Assembly: GCA_964234715.1 (NCBI GenBank)
Contig: OZ174284.1
DNA from: Podarcis melisellensis
Taxonomy: Eukaryota
Strand: one strand, 5' to 3'
Length of the DNA: 64,000 nucleotides
Shown: positions 1 through 11,880 of the stretch, piece by piece
Numbering within the stretch: position 1 is the first letter of the stretch
Layout of the letters: every line of letters starts with the position of its first letter
The notes under the pieces: model-generated
Told to the model about the DNA's origin: nothing
Database searches by the model: none
Seen by the model: the letters and a program-made list of their open reading frames with translations, nothing else
Program-made: the position numbers and the translations under genes

Positions 1-159
1 TCACAACGCTCTCTGCTGCACCCCAGGCCTGGCAACGATGGTGAGGCATGGGATGGTCTCACCCTGGAGCAGAATGACTTAAAGAACTGGACCAATGCTG
101 CTCTAATATATTTTATTCCGTGTTTTATGTATTATATAGAAACGCTTACAGATACTTAC

Positions 160-235
160 ACTGAGAAGAGGTCGTGCACCACTATGGTGGTGGTGGGGCA
201 TTTTACACATGGCTTGGTAATCGTACATTTTCACC
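160..235 (-). CDS. CACNA2D4: CACNA2D4 internal coding exon (76 nt): (Q)[25 protein letters not shown]
   Basis: Minus strand reads ttttgcag|GGTGAAAATGTACGATTACCAAGCC...CTTCTCAGT|gtaagt. It completes the phase-2 codon of the preceding exon. The peptide matches the alpha2delta motif (human alpha2delta-4 recalled as [26 protein letters not shown]). Confidence 0.95.
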
Positions 236-375
236 CTGCAAAAAAAAAACAACAATAAAAAACTGACAAGTGGGCCAATGTGTTCAACACACCAGCTTAG
301 CCCAAGAGTCCACCAGTCTGCCTAGCCCACTACTGTGCACTCTGATTGTATAGTGGTGCAACGGAACACTGTGGT

Positions 376-506
376 GCCAGAAGCAGTTTAGTCATGCTGG
401 CCACATGACTTGGAAACGCCGGCTCCTTCGGCCTGATGCGAGATGAGCGCCACAGTCCATAGTCGCCTTTGACTGGACTTAACTGTCCAGGGGTCCTTTA
501 CCTTTT
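376..506 (+). mobile_element. Sauria SINE, 3' part
   Basis: GCCAGAAGCAGTTTAGTCATGCTGGCCACATGAC...GCGAGATGAGCGCC...GGGGTCCTTTACCTTT, the diagnostic Sauria SINE 3' body and (ACCTTT)-type tail. Confidence 0.85.
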
Positions 507-1204
507 TAAATTCTGATTGAAGGTGACTTTCAAAGGTCTAGCAGTTGTTTTGCCCAGGTCTGCTATGCGAGATTTTTAGTGGACATGCCAGGAACTGCAC
601 CTGAGATTTTCTGCATGCAAAACATGTGCTCTGTCACATGCCCTTTGCTCAACAGAGCTGCAAACACATTCATTTGTCCTGCATGAATTCTAGCTTGGAT
701 CTGTCTTCACACAGGGAACAGCCATATATCCTCATCCTAATAATTTAGTTTAGTTTGTGCTTAGCATTGGATTAGCACAACAAGATCTACTCCCATACAG
801 TGTTTGATTGACTATGTGGTATCTGATGAAGAAACTTCTTACTGATGTCACAATATGCCCCTACCCTATGAAAACTTTGTATGCGATTTACTCGAGTTAC
901 CTCAGCTGCTATTTTTACTCATGTCAAGGTCCTGAAAGCTGCTGCTGACAACTAGAAACATCATAGCAACTATTCCCAGCCAGCTGCAAAGCCCAACAGC
1001 TGCATTTCTTCCCCATGGCCAGGTCCAAACTGGACAGGTTTGTGCTCTTCCAGACACATCTGGCTGGGCTCTCAGATTTCTTTATGCCATTTGTGTCTGA
1101 CTCTGCATCCCTCTGTATGCTACATCAGCAACATGGGAACTGCTTCGGAACACATGGACATAGGAAACTCCTTTACACCATGTCAGATCATTTTGCTCAT
1201 CATT

Positions 1205-1320
1205 GTCTGCACTGACTGGCAACAGCTCTCCAGAGTTTTACACATAAGTTTTCACCAGAGAAGCCAGCAGTTTAACCTAGAACCTTTGCATACGAAACAT
1301 GTGCTCTACCAATGAGCTGC
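1205..1320 (-). mobile_element. tRNA-derived SINE (Squam3-like), degenerate
   Basis: Reverse complement begins GCAGCTCATTGGTAGAGCACATGTTTCGTATGCAAAGGTTCTAGGTT (A/B-box-like head) and continues to ...GGAGAGCTGTTGCCAGTCAGTGCAGAC. Confidence 0.65.
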
Positions 1321-1992
1321 AGATAATGTTTGAAAGCCTGTGACCTGTACTATGCTGTACAGGGAAACATCGGATGGGAATAGCAAACACAGTTAGCTTT
1401 GCTCACATGGTTCTGGGCTCCCATGCTGTTCTGGTAACATATAAGGGCCTCCAAGTCAGGAACATAAATGGCCTAGATGAAGCCACATGAAATTGTATTG
1501 CTACACAGTAATGTAATGTTACTTCTGACATATAAAAAAGGATATGTGCCTGTATTTTTGTGTATTTATTTGTTTCAACATGCATTCTTAGAACACAAGC
1601 AGGGAAATGAAAATAGGTAACATTTTGCATTCGTTCACATTGTGCACAAACTGTATGACAGTGGATATAATCAGGAGTGATTCCTGTTACCGCAGCAATG
1701 CTTTTTTTGGCTGCTGCAATCATAGAATCGGTACTGGCTGCACCCATTATTATGCAGTTCACACATTACATTTGCCTATGTGAGTACGGTATGTACCTGG
1801 AGATGCTTGAATCTTTCTATGGATAACAAATGTGAACAAGTCCTAACAACTGAGGCAATGTTCCACACCCCACTGTCTTCATTCTCTTTTTTAATGTTTA
1901 GCTGTGATAATTCTCAATGGGGATAAGGCATTTTGCTTCAACCAGGCTCTTCTCTGAAAGGAAATCAATACAGAGGAGATAGTAATACTTAC

Positions 1993-2063
1993 TGTTTGAA
2001 CATTCCCATGCTTATAAGCTGGGTCATAACAGAGCCATCCACTTCTCCCAAAAATTTGCTGGT
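1993..2063 (-). CDS. CACNA2D4: CACNA2D4 internal coding exon (71 nt): TSKFLGEVDGSVMTQLISMGMFK(Q)
   Basis: cttgcag|ACCAGC...TTCAAACA|gtaagt; phase 0 in, phase 2 out. Matches the alpha2delta-4 segment TGRFLGEVDGAVLTQLLSMGVFSQ. Confidence 0.95.
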
Positions 2064-3026
2064 CTGCAAGCACAGGGAGATAAAGAGAGAAAAAAGCAGA
2101 AACTATAGATAAACTTCCTCAGCTTTTTATCAGTCCAGCTAATCCATCCCCACTATGAGTTTGAAATCCTATACTCAATATTGCCACTATCATAAAACAA
2201 GCTCTTTAAGCAGGCGGTGCTCTGCTATGTCCTCAGGCTGTTTAGCAAAGAGGGGTTTAGAGAAGTGTGTGGCGCCATGGTCAAAAAAAATGAAATGCAA
2301 ATCTTAGCTCAGCCATGCACTCACCACGTGGCCTTAGACAAGTCACCATTTCTCAGCTTATCATCTAAACTATGGGGATAGTAATACAGTACAGGCGTAC
2401 TATATGGTATGATGCTGTAAGGATGAAGCAGTGCCCACTATCCATTAAGATAGTGGGTTCCGATGAGATCTTGATGAGATCTCACAAGGTTTTGGTGAGA
2501 TCTCGCTGGAAGCTGCCACTGCTGCTTCTCTGCCACTGGAAGTGGTGGCGAGGTGAGCAGGGTGCCTGCAATGGGTGCCACCTCCTGGACTTCTGCCTTC
2601 TGCTGCTTGTCCACCTGATGGACAAGCCCGCCCTGGCTGGAATGTAGCCTATTGTGCAAGAGTTGCTTTCATTGCTCCACCCACTATTACCTCTAGGCCT
2701 GTCCAATGTTGGCATGCAGCCTCTAGAAAGTTGACCATGAGGTAATGTGGCCTGGTTTAAAAGAAGATAAAACTCAACCCTGAGTTCCTTATTGGAAAGG
2801 TAGGGTGCAATTATAGTTAATAAATATAATTATCTTGGGAGATTCACAAATTTGCACGAAGTCTAAAAAGTGATTAGTGCACGTATTCACTGTTCTTTTG
2901 GGGGAAAGCCTGAAGTCCCCTTGCTTAAGCCTTAACAAAAGAAATCTGCAGATTTGTCCAATTTGCTCCTCCCTGCCTCCCAGCTCTATAAACAGGCTTT
3001 ATAAGTAAGCACAGAAAACTTCTTAC

Positions 3027-3089
3027 CTGTTTGAAGGTTTTGGAAACGAGTATAAACCCATTATTATCAATGAGAAAGCAGTTCAGATT
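3027..3089 (-). CDS. CACNA2D4: CACNA2D4 internal coding exon (63 nt): NLNCFLIDNNGFILVSKTFKQ
   Basis: tctcttcag|AATCTG...AAACAG|gtaaga; phase 0/0. Contains the alpha2delta Cache-domain motif CxxIDNNGF and is visible inside ORF 2925..3281. Confidence 0.96.
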
Positions 3090-3620
3090 CTGAAGAGAAA
3101 AAAAGAACGAGGAAGGAATTTCAGCTATAGAGAAGATAATATTGCCTAGTATGAAAGCTTCTGCCTTACCCTGTGAGCTGCTATGATTCTGCTTCCACAG
3201 TTCTAGTGGTCTTATGTAAGCCATTACCGTTAACTCTGGCTCCGGTTTGCTCCCACCACTGGCTTTTGAATCTATGTACACACAATGTTACCCACAACAG
3301 AAAGCTAACCACTTGGAGATTTCTAAACTTAATTTTATTGTTTTACAATCAAGCAGTATATAAATTTTGTTAAATAAATCAGATAAATCCTGTAGTTTCC
3401 TGAGAAATACAACTGTTTGATGTGTTTCCCCATAGACTGCCATTAATCTGAAAGGAAACTTATGCCACATTCGTTTTGCAATTAAGTTGAGCTGTGTACA
3501 CTTGAGACATCTATTATTATTATTTATTAAATTTGCATATCACCATATACCCATAGATCTCAGGGCAATTACAATATAAAAAGCACAAAATACATAACAA
3601 AAACTAAAAGCAGCCTAATA

Positions 3621-4369
3621 CAGCGGCGTAGCGTGGGTTATCAGCACCCGGGGCAAGGCAAGTAATTTGCGCCCCCTAACCCGGGGCAAGGCAAGTAATT
3701 TGCGCCCCCTAACCCGGGGCAAGGCAAGTACAGTAATTTACTCTCCCAAGCAGCAGCAGCGAGGCTTCTCTTTCCCCCACGCTCTGCCGGAGCTGCCTCT
3801 TTTCTTTCCTTTTTTCCCTTTCTCCAAGGCTTTTCGCTTTCTCTCCTTAATTGATTCCCCCTCCACACCGCGGCGTTTCCTGGCTGCTTCCCCCCCCCTT
3901 CCCCTCTCTCTCCTCTTCGCTCTGCTTGCCTTGCCCTGCCCTGCCTGAGGGCGCCCTGAGGAGACTCCGCTCTCCTTTTTGACCAGGCGAGGTGGGAAAA
4001 AGGGGGAAAAGTCTCTTCCCGCCCCCTCGCCAGACTCCCTGCTCGGCTCGGCTCAAATTACCATAAAGCTCCTCTCCCTCAGCTTCGCCAAGCTGTCAAA
4101 GCCCGGCAGCAGCGGCAACGGCAGCAGCAGGCGCAGCCAGACCCCCGCCAGCCAGCCAGCCCGCCCGCCCGGCTACCTCTCCTTTTTTTGCCCGCAACAG
4201 AAAGCTTCGCTCTCCCCCTTCCGCGACCTCCTCGCCAAGCCGAGCGAGCGCGGGCTCCCTAACCCGTGGATTTTAGTAGGGGCAGAGAGCTGCTAGTGTG
4301 AGTGCGCCCCCCACCCATGTTGCGCCCGGTGCGGCCGGCACCCCTGGCACCCCCCACGCTACGCCACTG
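3621..4369. mobile_element. Non-autonomous hAT DNA transposon (749 bp) with GC/CpG-rich interior
   Basis: 17-bp TIRs CAGCGGCGTAGCGTGGG / CCCACGCTACGCCACTG (1 mismatch), perfect 8-bp TSD GCCTAATA at 3613-3620 and 4370-4377, no transposase ORF. Confidence 0.9.
3646..3730 (+). repeat. 33-bp tandem repeat x2.6 (subterminal, inside the hAT element)
   Basis: ACCCGGGGCAAGGCAAGTAATTTGCGCCCCCTA units start at 3646, 3679 and 3712. Confidence 0.9.
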
Positions 4370-5998
4370 GCCTAATAATCTCCCCCTATTCCACATGCAC
4401 AGATGAGTTTCATAAATAGGAGCTTGGGGAAGTGCTATAGGGGCAGGTCTTCATGTTGGGTGAAGACATCCCTGTCCCCTCTGTGGTGTGTACAACAATC
4501 AGCAAATGTGACTTGACATGCAGTGTGTGTGGGTGTGTGCCTGGGGAATGTCCTTGCTGTGTTTTAAGCTGCTAATGTGCACATCACCTAAGACTCTCTG
4601 ATGTTTTGTTATTTCTGTGCTTGCTTACAAGTTTCCTGAATTTGATATCAGAGTACTGGTTGTACTTTTGCACTACTATTGTAGGCTTACACTCCATACT
4701 GTTTCCCCCCAAAAGTAAAGCATATTTGGGGGCTCATGCGAGGCTATCCCAGAATCTTGTTCCATTTGGCTTCATAGAGCTCATGCAGTTCTGTCTAGAC
4801 TCTGCAGCATTCTTTGTAGCATCTTTGGGGCAAAGTAAACACAGCGGTGTACTGCAAGGTACAAGTCCGGTAACTCATTAAAAAAGCAACTGCAGGCTAG
4901 AGAAATGAAGTAGATGTTTTTCTGGAGCTCTCTAGCTTTCTCCATACTCCAGCACATGTTTGCAATTTGGTCTCAGGTTCCTCTGCCCCTTTGAAATCCA
5001 GCTTGCACTTCTGGGAGTTCTCAGTCCACATACTGCTTAAGCCTGAATGAACACTATATTCACGTGCTTATCTTCATAATTAGTCATAGCTGTGGTTCTC
5101 ACAATGTTTTCATAACAATTAATTAAACTTAATGACACTCTCAATACACAGTTGATATTTGGGAATAATATGGGGTACTGCAATTCTGTAAGCTTTCTAA
5201 ATGGATTCCAGAATTATTATGAAAGTCCAAGACCTTCCAGTCCACATAAAACCTTCAAGAGGTTTTCATATGCCATTTTTCAGAGCCACATTGTCTTATC
5301 AGAACCTTCAAAGATGTATTTTTAAGGCTTCTTGCCTTGAGTGCTGGTCTGTAACTGAGGAAACAAGAGGTTCAGATCCTTGTTTAGCTAGGAAGTTTGC
5401 TAGGTAACCATGGGCCAGTCCCGTCTCCCTCACTCTAACATACCTTGGAGACTAAAAGAGAATGAATCATATGCACCTTTGCATTTCTTGAGGAAAGGAT
5501 GGGCTAAGAATGCAATAAAAACTAATGCATTTTCTTTTTCTCACATTTTAAACAGCTCTGAGAGGTTAGGCTGATTAGTGGTCAGTAAATAATTTACATG
5601 TATAGAGCCACCTGGGTTCAAATTCTGGCTAGGGACCAAACGGGACATGATGAGGCTGTACTTTATCCACATCCCTACTTCATGGGGGTCAGGTCCATCA
5701 TTTACATGGGTAAAACATGTGTAAAGTAGAAATCTGATCTCCCTGCCCATCTTATCTCTCTGCGCTCTTCCGCTTTACTCAATTTGTCCAGCTCACTCTG
5801 GTGTCAAAAATGAACTAGGAGAAAACTGCTTAAAGCATAGAACACGTGAAGTTTTTCTCTCTTCCGCCTTGCAAGGAATAGACCCACCCACTTTATTTCT
5901 GATGGTTGCCCTACCATATCTGGTTTGGATCTCAGGCAAAGAGAATTATAGGTCTGAACAATTTTTTAAAAAATAAATAAATAAAACTAGCAACTTAC

Positions 5999-6043
5999 AT
6001 CATTCTGACAGTTCAAGGGACACAGACCATCCACATCACTGCA
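5999..6043 (-). CDS. CACNA2D4: CACNA2D4 internal coding exon (45 nt): CSDVDGLCPLNCQND
   Basis: ttgtattccag|TGCAGT...AATGAT|gtaagt; phase 0/0. Three-Cys spacing matches human CSTVDGPCTQSCEDS. Confidence 0.92.
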
Positions 6044-7167
6044 CTGGAATACAAGAGGAGGAGTTAAATAATGTATCACTTTAGACTGCATTTACCTGGG
6101 CATCATTAGGTATTTTTACAGGAGTAAGGAGCAGGCATGTCTAATTCAGGCAATATTTGCACATCATATGCTGGTGTGTTACATCCCCTTCAGCTTTCTC
6201 CACAAGAAGGATCATTTTAAGTAAGCCTATGAAAGAAGTGTCCCAGTGGTCTTTTCAGCTCAGCTTCCTAGAGTGGCAGTTGTTTTTTATGTGAATGTGG
6301 TTATGCTGTATTTTATCTTAAATTGGATTAAGCTACTTCACCATGCCTTGTTCACCATGACTTTTCTGAAATGTTTCCAACTGAGACATACATATGCAGA
6401 TGTACAAGAAATATGAGCCTAGGAGTTTGGAACAAATACCGCTCCCTGGTGTTTGCTTATGTGTTAGATACATGTTTGCTGCTTCATATGCTGTGTTCAG
6501 TGTGGAATGATGACTATTTGGTGCATCAAAGCAAATTTCAGTGTAGGTAAACATGACAGAACCAGATGCCCTTGATAGTAATAGTAAAGATTGTTACACA
6601 GTGGAGAAAGCAGTGACAATGTTGGCTGCCTCTGGTTTTCTGGTAACAGTTTGACAAATGATATATATGAACATTGTATAGTGTCCTCGGGCACTGTCCA
6701 TTTGCTTCAGTTGAAGATCTGAAGTGAACCAAAGTTGACATGTGTCACAGCTCTGAACTTAACAATACATGGAGGGTTAAATGGTGAGTAAGAAAATATT
6801 GTTGGTGCCTGTGGGTTTCATAATTATCATTCATTCTGTACTTACTGATTTGTCCAGTACAATTCTTCCATGTGTGTTTCCTGCCATGCGTTGGATGAAT
6901 CTGTTTTTGGAAATTACTGGAGGAATATGTTGTGAGGGGTTGCGTAAACTGTGAGTTTTATGTTGGTTGGAAGATTTTAGCATGCTACACATTAGTTTTT
7001 TATTACCTTATCTTATGGTTATTATGGGTATGGATATTGCATGTTTATGTATTTCTTAATGTGAATCTTCTGAAAGTCGGCTTCTTGTCCATGTATGTAT
7101 TTAGATGTATTTGGATTTTTGGTATTGCAAACTGCTTCAAGATCTGTGGATACTAAGCAGTCTATAA

Positions 7168-7354
7168 AAAGGTAAAGGTAAAGGACCCCTAACAGCTAAG
7201 TCCAGTTGCGAACGACTCTGGGGTTGCAGCGTTCATCTCGCTTTACTGGCCAAGGGAGCTGGCGTTTGTCTGCAGACAGATTTTCTGGGTCATGTGGCCA
7301 GCATGACTAAGCTGCTTCTGGCGAAACCAGAGCAGTGCATGGAAACACTGTTTA
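7168..7354 (-). mobile_element. Sauria SINE, 5'-truncated
   Basis: AAAGGTAAAGGTAAAGGACCCCT...GGGTCATGTGGCCAGCATGACTAAGCTGCTTCTGGCG is the reverse complement of the Sauria SINE 3' half. Confidence 0.9.
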
Positions 7355-7368
7355 TAGAGGACCTAAAT

Positions 7369-8174
7369 CAGGGGTTGGGAACCTTCAAACTGCGAGGCCT
7401 CCCAGTGAAGGAAATTTGGAACATGAATCCTTTTTTCAAAAAACAAACAAACACCCAAAACCATGCCCATCTGCCAATCAACTGATGTTACTCCAGCTGA
7501 TGGGCAGGGGGTTGATTCTATGTTAGCTGTTCCCCTGCTATCAAATAGTATGCACAGCAGAAGCAGCAGGTTTTAGCTCTTTCTCATCAGCTGATAAGCA
7601 GGGATTAAATCCTGCTCAGTTTGGCTGCATGAATCTATTTCCCTTCTGGGAAGAGCCACATGCAACTAATGCACAGCATGGGGCTGTTTGAAAGTCCCTT
7701 TGCAAGCAGCTCTGCACTGTTCTTTGAACCTCCTTTGCACACATACTGTATACAAAGCAGCAGGTTTTAACTCCTGTTCATCAGGGATAAAAAGGTAAAG
7801 GGACCATTAGGTCCAGTCGCGGATGACTCTGAGGTTGCGGCGCTCATCTCAAGGGGGTTAAATCCTGCTCAGCTTGGCTGCATACACCAAAATCCCCTGC
7901 ACATGACCAAAGTGCAACATGGAGCTGTTTGACAGCCCCTTTGCAAACAGCCCCACTCTGTTCTTTGAACCCCGTTTTTGAACGTTTAAAGAGCAGCTCA
8001 GGGCTTTAAAAAAGGGCTTTCAATCAGCTTTGAAGTCCCAACAACTGGGGCTATGACAGTGACATCAGGCATGACATGAGGATGGTTCTGCCAAATTGTC
8101 AAATCCGGCCAGCAGAGGGGGGGGGGGGGTGGAATAATATCTGCCTGTCAGCTACAAAAGGTTCCATATTCCTG
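7369..8174. mobile_element. Older non-autonomous hAT-like element with internal ~190-bp duplication
   Basis: Imperfect TIRs CAGGGGTTGGGAACCTT / AAGGTTCCATATTCCTG; flanks ACCTAAAT / CACTAAAT (degenerate 8-bp TSD); internal duplicated units at about 7562-7730 and 7756-7971. Confidence 0.65.
7791..7850 (-). mobile_element. 60-bp Sauria SINE 3' stub inserted in the hAT element
   Basis: AAAGGTAAAGGGACCATTAGGTCCAGTCGCGGATGACTCTGAGGTTGCGGCGCTCATCTC interrupts the second internal repeat unit and is absent from the first. Confidence 0.8.
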
Positions 8175-10639
8175 CACTAAATAAATAGATCTGTCTTTTT
8201 CACTTTTCTATTCTTTTTTTTTAATAGAGGACTGTTATTATCTAAGATGCACAAGGGAGAAGCTGATAAAAATGTTGTCTTTTTATTAAAGAACAACAAT
8301 AATTGAAGAAATCATGGAGCTTCTTAATGCGGATCACTCATTTTTTAAAACATGGACATTAGCCCAGGAATCACATGCCTGCTCTGTGGTTAATGGAACA
8401 GATTGGGAAAATCTGTCAATAAAAGTACTGCCAAAGGCACCCTATTGCTGTCAATCAAACCAGCAAGTATGAAGACACATAGATGATTGAGTGATAATCA
8501 CTGGGATTTAATGGGAGAGCTCAATTTTCTTTCTTTTGACCCAATTAAGACATAGAGGAAAGGGAGTGTCTATCTCCCCAAAGCTGCTTACTCCTCCATC
8601 AGGAGGCCAAATCCCAGTTAAAATATTTTTTAGTAAATGAGCAGTGTCCCCTAATTTTACAGAAGGGACACCAAAAAAGAAATAGATTGAAATTTTCTTA
8701 TATGAATTGCTATATAAACCAGGAACACTGAAATATCCACAGAAGTATTTATTGTTATGAGTTTGCGTGGTCAGGTTGAGTCCCCCAAACCTTGGGTGGC
8801 CCCCATGTGGAAACCATGGTGCCTCATTTCCAAAATGAAACATGGCTAAGCACCTGGAACCTCGCACCGCTTGGAGATTGAGGTGTTGTGCAGCTCTATT
8901 GTAGAAGCCTGGGAGAGGGTAGAAGTAGCAACCCCTTAAAAAAAAATAGCAGGCTATTTAAAGGTGGGGAAAAGAGCCCTGTCAGCTCTGGTTCATTGTG
9001 CCTGTGGCAAAGATTCTGCCATATGTTTCTATTAAATATAGACATTTTCTTGATTTGTACTGGATAAAATAAGCTGTCATCCTGACTGTAACTTTCTTTA
9101 TTGCCTTGTCATTGTGCATTAGAGCAAGAGGTTATGGCACCCTGACAGCTAATTTGAGATGTAGATTCAACTCAGCACCAACTGAATCCCATTCTTTGAT
9201 TAAGCTGCACAATCCTGTCAGACAGGAATGCAAATATTTCCTGGAGACAAGAACTGATTGTGATAATCAGATTCCCACTAGTCTGTTTACCCTTCCAGGG
9301 CCCACCTGCATATTAATTAAGCTGGTAGGCTGTAGAAATTCCATTAAATGCTTATGATTGGCTTTGCATCATATGGCGTGTCATATCTATCACAAAGACA
9401 AAAAAAAATTTTTTTTCCCCCGTATTAAGAAAATACAGTAGTTCTCCTAGGTGTAGACTGACATCCTGAAAGAGAGGCAGGGGTTGGGTGGGCAAATGTT
9501 TTTGCAGTTAAAAAAAAACTTCTCCACCTGGTCTTCTGGAAGCAATGTCTACTCTCCACAGGCAACTAAGCTGATTAGTTATGCCCCAGCCTCCACTGGC
9601 ACAAAGGAGCAATCAGATGGAATACATTCTGGAGAAACAGATTGGTATTCTGTTCTTAGAAGCCATGTCTTAGAAAGCAGGCTAAATCCCTAGCTCTGGA
9701 AAGATCAAACTTCACCTGATGATGCAGCAACAAGGCTAGTAACTATTGTGAACTTATTTGCAAAGTTGTTTAGAAGTTGCACAGGACTGAATCGGACCGT
9801 GAGCTCAACCGCATCAGAATCAAGGCTTTGTAACTCTAGCTGTTGCTCTAGGGCTGCTGGGGTGGAAAAGCTTAAAATGTACTTATTCATGAAATATGTT
9901 AAAGCTCATCAGCCTCTGATGACTTCATAGGTATCAAGCCATTTCTGAACCTTCAAACTTTTCCCATTATATGACTCAGACTCTTTAGTGCTTCTTGGCA
10001 ACTTGCTTTGGTTTGTCTGCAATATTTAGGTACTCTACATATAAATGTATTCAACCCAACTCCTGACACACAAATGACACATGACTATCAACGTTTTATG
10101 AAGCACACACAGGAAGGGGCTTCTGGGAAATCTCTTGGCCTTTACAGAAGCTCCTTACTTACATCAGTGTCATTGGGCTGGAAGATGGTAAATGGAACCA
10201 TTGACACGCAGGTCATTGCAGAACATGGAAGAGAAGTGGAAAGAGGAGACAAAATGTCCATTAGTAACTCCTTATTGAACCATTATTGACTGCCAGTGAA
10301 CCAAGAGAAGGCTTCTTACACATGAATGGGTGCTGGAAACAGAGCCAGAAATGTGAGCAAGTTTCATTTCAGCACCCTCAATCATCACTTTCTCATTCCC
10401 AGCTAAACTTTGTATAGTGTATAATAATGTATAACTGCACACATGTAAGGAGGCTGACAATGCCAAGTTCTTAAAGTTATTTATGACACTTCTCCCTCTG
10501 GGAATGAAGTTTTAGCCTCCATTTATTCTCAACTAGACAGTCATCTTTTGAGCTGGTGGGGGGTGGATCTAGTTCTCAGTGTGCACCTTTCCCTCAAATG
10601 TCTGTGATTATGGGATGAACGTGGTTGCTGTTGTGGTTA

Positions 10640-11000
10640 ATTTAATTTTTCCTGCATTCACCTTAAGGTCCCAGGGTGGGTTACAACAACCTAAAATACA
10701 ACATTAAAAACAGTTTAAAATGACTTACAATCACAAAAATGGGGTGGGTCCTAAAAATATACATCTCAGGTGTCAAATGCCAGTGTAAAAAGGGGAGTTC
10801 CACAACAGGGGCTGCCACAGAGAATGTCCTTTCCCAGGCTACCACCATTCCAAGCTTCTGGGGCAACGAAACTCTCAAGAGGGGCCCCTCTTCCTATCTT
10901 AACACCTAATAGGATCTATAGGAAAGGAAGCAGTCTTCAGGTATTTGGGGATTTAAACACTGGTGTGGGCACCTTAAATTAAGCCCTGAAGTGAACTGGC
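10640..11000 (-). mobile_element. Degenerate L2-type LINE 3' fragment
   Basis: ...AAGGTCCCAGGGTGGGTTACAAC...GGGAGTTCCACAACAGGGGCTGCCACAGAGAA..., typical of the squamate L2 3' end in reverse. Boundaries are approximate. Confidence 0.55.
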
Positions 11001-11124
11001 AGCAAATGCAACCAGTAGTACAGAAAGTGCTTACAACCACAGTATTATTAGATTGTATCAACACCACCCTTTTAAATTCAGCCTTAAGAAAATAGTTTGA
11101 GGCAGAATGAATCGCCATTTAGAT

Positions 11125-11432
11125 CAGGGTAGGCAACCTAAAGCCTGGGGGCTGGATGAAACCCAATCACCTTCTAAATCCAGCCCGCGGACGTTCTGGG
11201 AATCAGCATGCTTTTACATGAGTAGAATGTGTCCTTTTATTTAAAATGCATCTCTGGGTTATTTGTGGGGCCTGCCTGGTGTTTTTACATGAGTAGAATG
11301 TGTGCTTTTATTTAAAATGCATCTCTAGGTTATTTGTGGGCATAGGAATTTGTTCATTTCCCCCTCCAGAATATAGTCCGCCGCCCCCCCATGGTGGACC
11401 AGCCCACGGCTGAAAAAGGTTGCTGACTCCTG
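11125..11432. mobile_element. hAT (Charlie-like) MITE with internal ~68-bp tandem duplication
   Basis: Termini CAGGGTAGGCAACCT / AGGTTGCTGACTCCTG; TSD ATTTAGAT / ATCTAGAT; duplicated TTTTACATGAGTAGAATGTGT...GGTTATTTGTGGG. Confidence 0.8.
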
Positions 11433-11818
11433 ATCTAGATTAAGCTGAGACAGCATGATGGAGCGCAGTGCAATCAGGATGGTAGAGGGGAGTCGGTAAA
11501 CTTTCTGCCTAAAACCAAACAAGATTTTGAAGGGCTGAATCGGTACAAACATAATTCCACAATTAAATGTGTCAGCTGCAGTGGATTTAATGCCATGCCA
11601 GGCTTGTGATGTTCTGTTAACATGACGTTCTGAGAACAGACTGGCAGCTGATGCAGCATTGAAGTTGTCAAAGGATTAGTAAAACGTGTCATTTAAAAAC
11701 TAATCTATTGCACAAATCTGTTTAATACACATTTTAGAAAGGATTTTGTGGAAATGTGGCAAGTAAAACATCACCATATATCACCTTCTGTTTTTGTATT
11801 ATACTTCAGCATTCTTAC

Positions 11819-11880
11819 CTGCTGTGTAGCCATCCAAAACTTACGCTGAAGAAATTCTAGTTTGATTTGCACACCCACAG
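11819..11880 (-). CDS. CACNA2D4: CACNA2D4 internal coding exon (62 nt): (A)VGVQIKLEFLQRKFWMATQQ
   Basis: tttttccatag|CTGTGGGT...CAGCAG|gtaaga; phase 1 in, 0 out. Matches human AGVQMKLEFLQRKFWAATRQ. Confidence 0.95.

Noticed and set aside
3646-3730. 33-bp repeats superficially like a CRISPR array
   Set aside because: They are head-to-tail with no spacers, in a vertebrate genome, inside a transposon terminus.
3641-4296. Four overlapping ORFs in a GC-rich stretch
   Set aside because: They are low-complexity by-products of the hAT element's GC content and 33-bp repeat, with no transposase or other domain.
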